Positions 37,922 to 50,398 of a stretch of DNA of 64,000 nucleotides are shown here, one piece after another (position 1 is the stretch's first letter; each line of letters begins with the position of its first letter). This DNA comes from Octopus sinensis. Lineage: Eukaryota. The DNA is taken from the NCBI RefSeq assembly GCF_006345805.1, contig NC_043011.1, positions 31,818,464 through 31,882,463 of the forward strand, in the 5' to 3' direction. A program made the translations under genes and the position numbers. The notes beneath the pieces are model-generated. The model had not been told where the DNA came from. It did no database searches and was given only the letters and a program-made list of their open reading frames with translations.

Positions 37922-38311
37922 TCTTTATATATAAAAGTGAGGTTGTGTGAGTGTCTGTCTCCTACGATTTAGATTCCTAACTACTCCCACATTTTGCGGT
38001 GCAGTTTAACCAAAACCGGGTATCTTATAGTCGTGATTCATATTGAGCCCTTCTAGGTATTAGCGCGCGTCTACGATGAGTCTATGATTTAAAAAAAAAT
38101 TTACCATCATTTTTTTCATTTTAATGCATTTTTTCGTTATTATATAAGGGAAGTAACTCTCTAAAAATGTCTACGATGAGTCAACGATTTAAAAAAAAAT
38201 TTGCCATCATTTTTTTTCCATTTTTAATGCATTTTTTGGCTATAACTCTCTAAAAATGCTTATATAGTTATTTCCCTTACAAACCCGAGCAATGCCGGGC
38301 GATACTGCTAG
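37922..38311 (+). mobile_element. Non-autonomous Helitron
   Basis: A|TCTTTATATATAAA 5' end, subterminal hairpin CCCGAGCAATGCCGGG, CTAG|T 3' end, internal 100-bp duplication. Confidence 0.8.
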
Positions 38312-38585
38312 TATATATATATATATATATATCATTATCATCATCATCGCTTAACATCTGCTTTCCATGCTGGCATGGGTTGGATGGTTTGACATAGAGC
38401 CAGCTAGCAGGGAGCTGTTCAGACTCTAACTGTCTGTTGTGGCATGGTTTCTACATACATACATACATGTGTGTGTGTGTGTGTGCACTCACTTCTGTAT
38501 AACTATTTATAAATGCTTTGATGCCATTAACAATCACCTCTCCATCTTTTATGTTGTTGTACTTATTTCAACTTAATATATTTAA

Positions 38586-38806
38586 CCCTTTAGTGTTCAC
38601 ATTATTCTGCCAAAATTGATGCTTCTTTATCCACATTGTTTTGAATTAATCATGCATTTTCTTGTAGCTAGGAGATTTTGATGAGGTAGCTGTTAATTTT
38701 TTAAACAATATTGTAGGGCTGGTGTGAGAGACCAGATCTGGCCAATTTGAACATAAAACAGGCAGAATACTTTTGGCCGGATATGGCCGGTTTAAATGCT
38801 AAAGGG
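38586..38806. mobile_element. piggyBac-like MITE, 221 bp
   Basis: TTAA-CCCTTTAG ... CTAAAGGG-TTAA. Confidence 0.85.
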
Positions 38807-39672
38807 TTAAAGCAGGGAACTTTAAAAAGTTAACTTGGATGAAAACAGTTCCTTTTGTAGTATTTATTCTGTGATTGGTAACTAAATTAGACTTTTGCTT
38901 TAATTTCTTTCTTGTGTAATTGACTGTTCAAACACTAACAACAATGCACATTTGAGCCGTGTATAAATACATTAGTATCACAAATTGGTGGTAAGTAAAC
39001 ACCCAGATGATGAAATTGCAAGTTCCATTTCCTGTTAAGTTATTTAGTTTCACATATTTGTAAACACTGAAATTCTTGGCCATGAGCAACAGTCTTGATT
39101 GCAGGGTCACGCTGAACTAACCTTGTTGCACCACATGACCTTAGGAGCATTTATCGAGTCATATAACTTCTTAAAAATAACAATCAAAAATCTCCTTCTG
39201 TCTTGCAAAAAAGGAAATATATGAAAAGACTGGATGTTCACTGTTGGAACATCTTTGATTATAAACTCATATGAACAGAGTTGATTTGAGGCTATACAAT
39301 CAACATGTATACACATTGGGGAAGACCTAAGAAGCCATTCCGTTTTTATGGAACATCTTCGTTATTACCTATTTCTTTATTACCCACAAGGGGCTAAACA
39401 TAGAGGGGACAAACAAGGATAGACATAGGTATTAAGTCGATTATATCGACCCCAGTGTGTAACTGGTACTTAATTTATCAACCCTGAAAGGATGAAAGGC
39501 AAAGTCGACCTCGGCGGAATTTGAAGAGTTTCATCAGACACCCTTTTTCTTTATAGACATCATAAAAATGAAGGCTTTTGGCTTGACCAATCAATCCATT
39601 AAGCCTTAGCAAATATTCCTCGTTCGTCAAGATTCCTTAACCGATGCAGCCAGTCATTCGGATGGCATTTTG

Positions 39673-40094
39673 GCGATCTTTCGTTTTAACTCGAAATAAT
39701 GTAAACATGGAATCGGTCATTTCCGTGACCGACTGCATGTTATCTTGTCAATTGTCAGTTGGGAAGAGAAAGCTAATGGGTTGTGCGTGCGTGATTGTTC
39801 CTGTCTGTGTGTGTGTGTGTGCGCGCGCGTGTGCTTATTCTTGTTTGTGTATGTGTGTGTGTGTGTGCACGTTTGTTCCTCTGTGTTATCTCTACATTCC
39901 ACAACATATAAATACAAAAAAATAGAACAGACACACACATACACAGAAGAACAAGCACGCACACACACAGAGGAAAAAGCACGTACGCACAACCCATTAG
40001 CTTTCTCTTCCCAATTGCCAATTGACAAGACATGTGGTCACAGAAATCACCGAATTCAATGTTTACATTATTTTGAGTTAAAACGAAAGATCGC
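39673..40094. mobile_element. Foldback/palindromic MITE-like element, about 420 bp
   Basis: Arms GCGATCTTTCGTTTTAACTC..GGGAAGAGAAAGCTAATGGGTTGTGCGT and its inverse extend almost to the centre. Confidence 0.8.
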
Positions 40095-40095
40095 T

Positions 40096-40310
40096 GTCCT
40101 TGATGTTGCCAAACCAGGATTTTCTCTGTCTGTCTGTCTCTCACCTGCCTTCAACTGTGCCCTAAAGAATGGTGTTTAGGCAGGGAATTGTGGTGGGATA
40201 CATGACCATACTGGGCAAGCTTTCATCTTTTTTCCTGTGCAAGGAGTGATTCCTGTCGGACAGCGTATTTGTTAACTTGCTGCCTGACAAAGCTGTTTAC
40301 ACTTAGTAAA
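40096..40310 (-). mobile_element. RTE LINE C-terminal fragment
   Basis: KLAQYGHVSHHNSLP..GTVEGR..QRKSWFGNIKD. Confidence 0.65.
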
Positions 40311-40380
40311 TATTACTAAGTTTAAATATTATTCAGACCTTAGTCACTGAGGGCCACATTATAATCTTTTCTCCTTTTTA

Positions 40381-40970
40381 CTCTTTTACTTATTTCAGTC
40401 ATTTGACTGTGGCCATGCTGGAGCACCGCCTTTTTAGTAGAGCAAATCGACCTCAGGACTTATTCTTTGTAAGCCTAGTACTTATTCTATCGGTCTCTTT
40501 TGCCGAACCGCTAAGTTACGGGGATGTAGACACACCACCATCGGTTGTCAAGCGATGCTGTGGGGACAAACACAGACAAACATATATATACATATGTCAG
40601 TCGCCATGATAGATCGTTAGCCACTACACACATTTTTTTCTCTCCTTGTTTTTTCTCTGTCCCTTTCTGTAGAAGAGCGTAGGCTCGAAATGTAAAAGAC
40701 TTTTTCTATTCCTGAGCATTATACCAATACATCTGTTTGTTTTGTACACCACCTGTCTTCGTCTTTTGTTTTTTTCATAAACTCTCCCTATAATATACAT
40801 ATACATATATACGACAGGTTTCTTTCAGTTTCCGTCAACCAAATCCACTCACAAGGCTTTGGTCCGCCTGAGGCTATAGTAGAAGACACTTACCCAAGAT
40901 GCCATGCAGTGAGACTGAATTTGGAACCATGTGGCTGGTAAGCAACTTACCACACAACCACTCCTATGCC
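40381..40970 (-). mobile_element. SINE family A interrupted at its microsatellite by a Penelope-like fragment (40600-40790)
   Basis: SINE halves flank an inverse copy of the element at 10143-10340. Confidence 0.75.
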
Positions 40971-42872
40971 TTATATTTACTCATTTTTTTTAACTAAGAA
41001 TATTTTTGGGTACAACCTGAAGGAGTAGCTGTTCCCTTTTGATATTTGCTGCTGGCATCTTTGGATTTTATGTTTTTTAAAAACAGTGTTACTTCCATAA
41101 AGATCCATATATTTTATAGAACTGAGTCAAAACCTTCTTCATTTATATTGTTTATAGTCAATAATTCATGCCATGGCTTATAAACACTTTCCACGTTGCA
41201 ATTGTTTTTGTTCCAACACATGATCTCAGATCAGGTCACTTGCTATGCAAGTACATATCCCCAAATTCTATGCTTTCATGGGAAATGAAATGACAAAATT
41301 GGAAGTGTCAATGAGTTCTAAGGATTCTTTATGTTTGAACAACAATTATTGCATGTAATTATGTCTGGCAAAGCAGATATTAGTTTCAAATTTTGGCACA
41401 AGGCCAGCAAGTCTGGGAAGGAGTCAAGTCGATTACGCTGGCCCCCAATGTTCCACTGGTACTTGTTTTATTGACCCCAAGAAGATAAAAGACAAAGCTG
41501 ACCTTAGTGGAATTTTAACTCAGAGTGTAAAGAGGCAAAATGCCGCTAAGCACTTTGCCTGACATGCTAATGATTCTTTCTACTATAGGCACAAGGTCTG
41601 AAACTTGGGGGAGAGGGACGGTTGATTTCATTGACCTGTGTTTCACTGGTACTTAATTTATTGACCCTGAAAAGATGAAAGGCAAAGTTGACCTCAGTGG
41701 AATTTGAACTCAGAACGTTGTGGCAGACAAAATACTGTTACAGCTATGCATTTTGCCTGGTGTGCTAATGATTCTGCCAGCTCACCACCCTAAAGCCTAA
41801 AGCAGGAAGAGGTGCTGCTAAACATTTTTGTCCCATGTATTAAAGATTCTTCCAGCTCACCTCCTTTATCTGGCAAAATCAGTTTAAATGAATGAATGAA
41901 GGAATGGTATTTTGTTTTTTATCTTCTACTTGTTTCAGTCACTGGATTGTAGCCATGCTGAGACACAGCATAGAAGGGTTTTAAATGAACAAACTGACCC
42001 CACTACTTAGTTTTTTAAAGCCTGGGACTTATTTTATTGGTGTCTTTTGCTGAACCACTAAGTTATACAGATGTAAACAAACCAACATCAATAGTCAAGT
42101 GATGGTGGAGGACCATACTGCACCTACACACACACACGTTTTCTACTATACATACAAGGCCTGAAATTTGGGGGAAGGGGGCAAGCTGATTCTCCAGTGA
42201 TCAACTGGTACTTGTTTTTTTCCACCCCTTAAAGGATGACAGGCAGTGCTGAACTTGGAAGAAATTTGAAGTCAGAGCATGACGACAGATGAAATGCTAC
42301 TGAGAACTTTGTCCAGCAGGTTAATGAATCTACCAGCTCACACCCTTTGTATGTGCATATACATATGCACACACACATACATGCATATATGATGAACTCT
42401 CCCATTGTTAGACAATGTATGAGAGTTTGACAATTTCTTACCGAACAATTTCTCAACCACGCAAATGATTTGTTTATAGTGATCAGATGTTCGTGTAGAC
42501 ATAAGCTCATTCCCTCCATCAGATCGACATTACCTGTACAGGTGCCACACATCAGATGTCGAAATGATCACAGAGCAATGTGAAATGAAGTGCTTTGCTC
42601 AAGAACACAACATAACACCCGGTCTGGGAATCAAACCCACGATCTTGCAATCAGGAGTGCAACACCTTAACCACGAAGCCATGTGTACACACATACACAC
42701 ACACACACACACAACATGCATACATATGTACAACAATAAATTTTATTGGTGGTGGAAGGGGCACTTCTGGGCTTATTGTATAAACTTATATAAGCTGCAG
42801 TACGCATGTGTGTGGTATGCATATACATATACTATACTATATATATATTATATATATATATACATATATATC

Positions 42873-42921
<49 letters not shown>

Positions 42922-43129
42922 CATATACATATTTAAAAAAGGAAAGGAGATGTGGAACACGAGTTGTGATATATAAAAAAAGGAAATGAAGAAAATGCTG
43001 ACAAAATGATTTAAGTAAGGGAGAGTGTATTTAATTAGGTGAAAGTTCTTTTTACCGGTTGCGCATTTGTTATGCTTATCAAAAGATATTTTTTTAAGAG
43101 AGATAGAGTTCCTTTCTGATAGATTTTTT

Positions 43130-43545
43130 TCTCTAAGAGATTGGTCCAGGCCATGTCTAACTTAATAGCACCACCTGATAGGATTATTCGACCTGTTTAA
43201 GTCAAGTTTTGTTCAAGTAGTGAGTTCTTGTTGGGTGAGTTGTATCCAATTAGGGTGGCTTATCTGATCTGGTATTCTTTGAAGGAATCTATCCAGACTC
43301 CATTTAAAGTTGATGGGATCCTTTTCCTCTTTGATCTCCCTTGGGACAATGTTAAATAGGGCAGGGCCTGTTGAGGAAAAGAAATTATGTTGCAGTGTAC
43401 ATGTATGTTGTGATCTTGATTGGGCAGGGGACGTATGGCCCGTGGTCCCCGTCTTGGATGAACCTTGAAGCTAATGTTAAGGTCGTTTGGGCAAAGTTGG
43501 TGTTATATTCTCCACATCGTACAAATGATGTACCGCTCACGGCGG
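43130..43545 (-). mobile_element. CR1/L2-group LINE 3' fragment
   Basis: NFFSSTGPALFNIVPREIKEEKDPINFKWSLDRFLQRIPDQ. Confidence 0.7.
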
Positions 43546-43680
43546 TATATATATATATATACCACACACCCACACACACATAATATATATATATACACAC
43601 ATATATACATATATATATACATATATATACATATACATATATATATACATATACATACATATGCATATGCATAGATATAC

Positions 43681-43722
<42 letters not shown>

Positions 43723-44269
43723 ATACATATAAATTTCAGGGTAGCAAAAAATTATTTAGAAATTTTTTGCTGCCAGTGGTCTAGCATGAAGACACACACA
43801 CACACACACCTTTATGGGGAGGCAGCACTTTGGGGTCAGCTGTATAAGCCTGTATAAGCTTGTGGGGTACACGTTTAACTATGCCGTTGACCTTGCATTG
43901 ATAAAAGCTTTGTGAGTATAATCGAGTAGACAAAAACTGTGCTGAAGCCTTACTGGATAGATTGCAAAGTTGATTTTGCCTGAGAATTGCATTAAGAGCA
44001 CACATATCTGTGGAGTACCCAACCACTTGCATGCTTATCCAATGAACAGATAGCTCACTTGATTGAAACTAACATCAACCTAGTTTTACAACAGAATATC
44101 ATACAATACTACTCCACTACACCACAGGATGTTTGGGATAAATTTGATTATTCTTTGCATATCCTTTTCTTCAGGAACAGCTTGATGTTAAGAAGTCAAC
44201 AGTGCTGGAGAGCATAGAGATTAAATTTGCAGCTGAGAAAAAGTTAGCTGATATGGAGAACTGGAAGCC

Positions 44270-45730
44270 ATCTGAATATTGGTAAAGAGTTACCAGTACC
44301 ACGATGACCAATGCTGGCTATCAAAATGCTGACATCATGACTACTGCTCAATGCTCTGTGAACACTGTAAAGGCTGTAAGACATGACATGGAAATCTTGA
44401 AAACCATCTTCATCCAAACTGTCATGATCTTTGGGTATCTCCAGCGAGGGTGACATCATGTTGCCCCACAACTTTGAACCAGGCCTTAGGCTTGATTCAG
44501 ACAGCTATGTGAAGCTATTGGAGAATAAGCAAAACTCTTGTAGGAGAGGTTTGCTGCTGGAAGACCGTATGTGTGGCAGCAGGATTTGGCTCCTTGCCAC
44601 ACCAACAGAAAGAGTCAGAAATGGTTTGTAGTGGATCTTGCATAAATGAAGTGGATTCAATCCACCACAGCCAAATGTAAATTAATATTGCAACAGAACT
44701 TTTCCCATGGTGGAACAATGGTTTTTCTCCGACAGCAGTTTTACATTTTCCAGATGCCTTTAGCTAGGCCGAAATAATGTCTTCACCACTTGACCTCTTC
44801 TACTTCACCAAAAACTAGAATAGAGATAACAAGACGACCAACTAAATCTATTGTTCTCAATGATATGTCTATCCCTCTGGATAGTTATAAAAGCAAGCAC
44901 ACCCCAAGCAAAAGTCAGTCGGTAACAACTCAATGAGTTAGCCACTGCGGTGACAACTCAGTGAGAACAAAGTCAAGCTGACCAGCTAGAACCTTGGCCA
45001 GAGGGAGAAATGAAATTTACTGTCAGCAACTGTGAGACAACGTCCTACAGCCCCACAACTTTCACTAGCTCTAATTCTGTTCTCTTACAACATCATCAAT
45101 CACAATCTGTGGATTACTTCTAACAATTTGTGTACGCCAAAGTATGCAAAAAAAAATTCTACCACATCTAATTTTCTTTCGCATGTTCTTGGATGTTATA
45201 ACCTGCCTGTTAAGGTATGATAGTTTTCAATGTAGCAGTAAATAAATACTTTCTTAAAACTTCATACATTGTTCATCATTCACATCCTACAGTATGCAAT
45301 TATAACAACAAATTTTTATCGTCACAACTGCTAACTCTGACATTTCATATTATTGTGTACCTAATCAATCTTACCCTTTACAATTGGTGACCCTTGACCT
45401 CAACTAAAATCAATATCATTACAGGTTGTTGGAGAATTTCTATGACTTCAGCAGCCCCAATTTGTGGCCTCCTAATTCCCTCAATCATAATCCCATGGAT
45501 TACTATGCATGGGGTCTGGTTGAGAAAGACACCAACTTCTCTGCCTGCAACACCAAGGCCAAGCTAGTGGCCAACTTCCAAAGAGATGTTCAAAGATCTT
45601 CCTAGGGAGGAAGTGAAGAATGCATGTCCCAGGTTATGGAATAATCTTGAGGTTGTGGTGGAAGCTTAGGATGGCTGCTTTGAATAAACTGTTATCTCCC
45701 AGCCATAATTTCATTGATATTTTTTTTTTG
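44270..45730 (+). mobile_element. maT/DD37D-like transposase remnant split by an LTR insertion
   Basis: SSEGDIMLPHNFEPGLRLDSDSYVKLL, PYVWQQDLAPCHT, SQKW|LLENFYDF..WPPNSLNHNPMDYYAWGLVEK. Confidence 0.8.
44627..45423 (+). mobile_element. Solo LTR (Gypsy-like), 797 bp
   Basis: TGTAGTG...CATTACA termini; 4-bp TSD GGTT (44623-44626, 45424-45427); TATAAAA at 44886; AATAAA at 45241. Confidence 0.85.
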
Positions 45731-45954
45731 ATTTTTTAAAATACATTTATTTTTGGATGCTTTGAGACTGCGACCTGTTCACCTGCTCAGATGCAGCATG
45801 GAATTTTGTCAGTGAACAGGTCGTGGTCTCAAAGTGACGAAAATATTTTGGCAAATTAAATTTGAATGTTGAAGTGAATCTATTTTTGGATGGGACATAG
45901 TGTTTTTTTTTTTTTTTTTGCAAGCTGTCAAATTTAGCCCAAACATCTTATATA

Positions 45955-46360
45955 CTCTTTTACTTGTTTCAGTCATTTGACTGTGGCTATGCTGGAGCAC
46001 CGCCTTTAGTCAAGCAAATTGACACAGACTTATTCTCTGTAAGCCTAGTACTTATTCTATCGGTCTCTTTTGCTGAACCGCTCATTTACAGGGACGTAAA
46101 CGCACCAGCATTGGTTGACAAGCGATAGGGGGGGGGGGGCAAACACAGACACACACATGCATATACACATGAGAATATATATATATATACATATATACGA
46201 TGGGCTTCTTTCAGTTTCCGTCTACCAAATCCACTCACAAGGCTTTGGTCGGCCCAAGGCTATAGTAGAAGACACTTGCCCAAGGTGCCACGCAATGGGA
46301 CTGAACCCGGAACCATGTGATTGGTAAGCAAGCTACTTACCACACAGCCACTCCTACGCC
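45955..46360 (-). mobile_element. SINE family A copy
   Basis: Complete reverse copy. Confidence 0.85.
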
Positions 46361-46576
46361 TATACAATATACTGTTTGTGTACATTATGAAAAGGTCTGT
46401 ATATGGTCATTTTTCTACCTTCTAGAAACAGTAGCCAAGATACCCTCAAATCGCACCTTCTTGCCTTATGAAATGAAGTATATATGCAATTATGAGATGC
46501 TAGATGATACATAAAAAGGTAGTAAAGACATGAATAAGATGCCCTTGATCATAGGTCAGAAGTGCCCTGGGACAAA

Positions 46577-46634
46577 GCTACTACTACTGCTACCACCACT
46601 ACTACCACTACTAGCACCTGTACTACTACTACTA

Positions 46635-46693
<59 letters not shown>

Positions 46694-46708
46694 TATACTA
46701 TACTACTA
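46577..46708. repeat. (TAC)n microsatellite
   Basis: Direct reading. Confidence 0.95.
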
Positions 46709-46935
46709 CACTGCATTTGCTGCAGGCACTTCAACATAATCACTTGGCCTGCTTAAAATGGTAGTCAAGTCTACCTCAAATTGTATCTTATCATCTTAAA
46801 ACAGGAGGAAGATGTGATGGCCACAGCTCAAATCCTGCTTTATCCAAAAAAAAAAAACAAAAAAAACTAGATAAGAAAGTTGGCCCTAGATGGCTCTAAA
46901 AAGACGTGATGGTTATGGTTGGAATGCCTTTTTAC

Positions 46936-46995
<60 letters not shown>

Positions 46996-47009
46996 TATAT
47001 ATATAATAT

Positions 47010-47063
<54 letters not shown>

Positions 47064-47520
47064 TTTGCTATCAATATCAAGGGAGGGCTTTAAAAAGAAA
47101 TGCCAACAACGAAATTGAAAGTGAAGACACAGAATATGTTATATTATGTGTATAACAAGCAGTAACAATTTTATGTGAGATGATGTGGAACAAATACACA
47201 GAGTAGATGACAGGAAGAAACATCAGGAGAGATGGCGAACAAATCAAAAAGAAAATTCAGGCTTGTTGCAAGCAATGAAGAACCAGAGTAGTTTCCAGTT
47301 ACAAATAGGACGTATTTCATTGCAGAAGATTTACAGCAGTTTCATATACATCTCAGCTATTTAACAATTATAAATAGCTAGACTGTACAAAGTACACTAT
47401 TAAAATAATCACCCACATTTCTTTTTATAGCAAAAGGAAAAAGAAAAACAACAACAAAAAACAAAAAAAAAGACGACCCACATGACATGTACTCTGTGTA
47501 TGTATGTGTGTGAGTATATG

Positions 47521-47560
<40 letters not shown>

Positions 47561-47825
47561 AACATATATGCATATATACACACACACACACACACACATA
47601 TATATACATACACACAAACACACACACCTCATCTGAGATGTATATACATATATATATATATATGCACACACACATATATACATACATATATATGTAAATA
47701 TATATACATATATTATATATTGAATATGTTTAATATATATAATATATATATATATATGCACACACACATATATATGTATACATATATAATTTACATCATA
47801 TATTTATATTCATATACACATATAC

Positions 47826-47868
<43 letters not shown>

Positions 47869-48782
47869 TGTATATATATGTATATATATGTATATATATA
47901 TATATAATATATATAACATAAATACATTAACATCATGTATATGTTATATATATGTGTGTGTATATATATTATCCATGCATGCATATATGTATATGCATGT
48001 GTGTGTATGTATATGTACACATACACACACACACATATATATGTATACATATATAATTTACATCATATATTTATATTCATATACACATATACATACATAT
48101 ATATTTATATATGAATACACACACATACACACGTGTGCATACACACTCACATGCACACATACACACACACATCTCCATAGGTAATTATAAAAGTTATTAG
48201 TAGTGAGATGGTATTGTTTGCATTACATTTGCAAATGTCTTGACAATTCTTCTTTAGAATTTCAAAATTTCAAGACATCATCTTTATAGTTTTTGTTCTT
48301 TCTTCTTTGAACTGTTTCTCTATTTTGTCTCAATCTTTTTCCATGATGGCATGGGTTAAGCAGACATGCAAATTTTGACATGTACACATATTTGTAAAGC
48401 AAATAATTTACATCCTAGTGTTCTCTCCAAAGACTGCCAGTCTGATTAACTGGACAAAGCAGGACTGGCATGTTTATCATTATAAATCAAGAGAAATGTG
48501 TATCGCTTATAAAAAAAAAAAAGGAAAAAAAAAAAGCAGAATATGCCCATGCTACGTTTGAACTCATGACCCGGAGGCCACCAGCTAACCCACTTAGCTA
48601 CATAGACACATACTTTGATAAATTCCGAAAAGAAAATTAACAGGTATTCCAAATGGAACTCTGTACTATTTCATTGATATTTGTACAGTTTTTTGCCTTG
48701 TATCCCCAACATTGTTCTCTTAAGAAAAACGGTGCCCTTTCAGCACTGAAGAAGGGGCTGATCTAGTTTACAAGGTACCTTT

Positions 48783-48892
48783 TCAACATCTACAACTAGA
48801 ATTATTTTGCACTGAAAAATCCAAGCTGTTACTGTTTTTAGAAATACTTTTATCGTCGGCAGGTTTGCTTTCAACTTGTACTTTAAATATAT
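48783..48892 (-). CDS. Rab11-like: Rab11-family GTPase, last coding exon
   Basis: Acceptor TTATCTTTTTCAG; phase 1; (D)IFKVQVESKPADDKSISKNSNSLDFSVQNNSSCRC-TGA, ending in a CXC prenylation motif. Confidence 0.85.
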
Positions 48893-48951
48893 CTGAAAAA
48901 GATAAAAAAAAAGGATGAAGCAAAAATTATTATCTTCTAAGGGAAATATTC

Positions 48952-49380
48952 TTTTACTCTTTTTACTCTTTTACTTGTTTCAGTCATTTGACTGCGGCCA
49001 TGCTGGAGCACCGCCTTTAGTCTAGCAAATCGACCCCAGGACTTATTCTTTGGAAGCCTAGTACTTATTCTATCGGTCTCTTTTGCTGAACCGCTAAGTT
49101 ACAGCAATGTATACACACCAACATTGGTTGTCAAGTGATGTTGGGGCGACAAACGCAGACACACAAACATATGCACACACACACACATACACATACACAC
49201 ATATATATATATACATATATATGATGGGCTTCTTTGAGTTTCCGTCTACCAAATCTACTCACAAGGCTTTGGTTGGCCCGTGGCTATAGTAGAAGACACT
49301 TGCCCAAGGTGCCACGCAGTGGGACTGAACCTGGAACCATGTGGTTGGTAAGCAAGCTACTTACCACACAGCCACTCCTA
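48952..49380 (-). mobile_element. SINE family A copy (intronic)
   Basis: Complete reverse copy. Confidence 0.85.
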
Positions 49381-49787
49381 AAGACTAAACAATTACATCA
49401 TTGAAATCTCAGAGCTATGAGATAATACAGGATTAATTCAAAACAACATTAATAAATAATCATTTTACATTTGACATAGTCATCTGAATGCTAAAGGGTT
49501 AAATAATACAGTTGGGTGTGATTCAAGGTAGATTTGGCTTCTATTTCTAGCAAGTCAAGTGACTACCTAGATCAATCACAGACAAAGTGCAGCTGTGAAA
49601 CTTTCTGCATGGTATTCCTAATAAAGAATTACTTTGAAGTCTTTTAGTAAAGCAGCCTGGCTGGTGATGAACCTTGTCTCACATGGCCTGGTTTTCATAA
49701 GAGGTTGGTTATGCTTGGTTTCTTATCATTAAAGCTGATAAGAAACTTTAGGTTTCTTAAAGTGATACGATACACACCATAGTGTCA

Positions 49788-50020
49788 TTACCTATTTCTT
49801 TACTACCCACAAGGGGCTAAACACAGAGAGGTCAAACAAGGACAGACAAACGGATTAAGTCGATTTTACCGACCTCAGTGAATTACTGGTACTTATTTAA
49901 TCGACCCCAAAAGGATGAAAGGCAAAGTCGACCTCGGCGGAATTTGAACTCAGAACGTAACGGCAGACGAAATACGGCTACGCATTTCACCCGGGGTGCT
50001 AACGTTTCTGCCAGCTCGCC
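49788..50020 (-). mobile_element. SINE family B copy (intronic)
   Basis: Complete reverse copy. Confidence 0.85.
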
Positions 50021-50398
50021 TTTAGTATCATTACCATCTTGTCGAGCTTGCTTGGACATTTAAAACCTGCTCGTGCCATCCATCTCGGTCCTCATCTGTT
50101 TTTTCAAGTAAAGGATCTCTTATTCCATGCAGCTTCGAAGGGGTGAAGCGAGCAGATTATTTGTTGACAATACCACTGTCCATCAAGACCTTTGTAGACG
50201 CAAGCAAGATGTAACAGACACAGACACACACACACACACATGCATATTCTGGTCATCCTGGGGATAGAGCACAAGACATTTGCCAATATGGTGTGCAATG
50301 GGACTAATACTGAAATCACACAGATAGGCTTGCTTCCTACATCTTAACTACACAGTGATTCCTTCCCTCCCACGTACACACACACTTTTATGCATTTC

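Noticed and set aside
47378-48184. Long YI/HT/CV-rich ORFs (for example 226 aa) here and across the window
   Set aside because: Dinucleotide microsatellite translations lacking stops.
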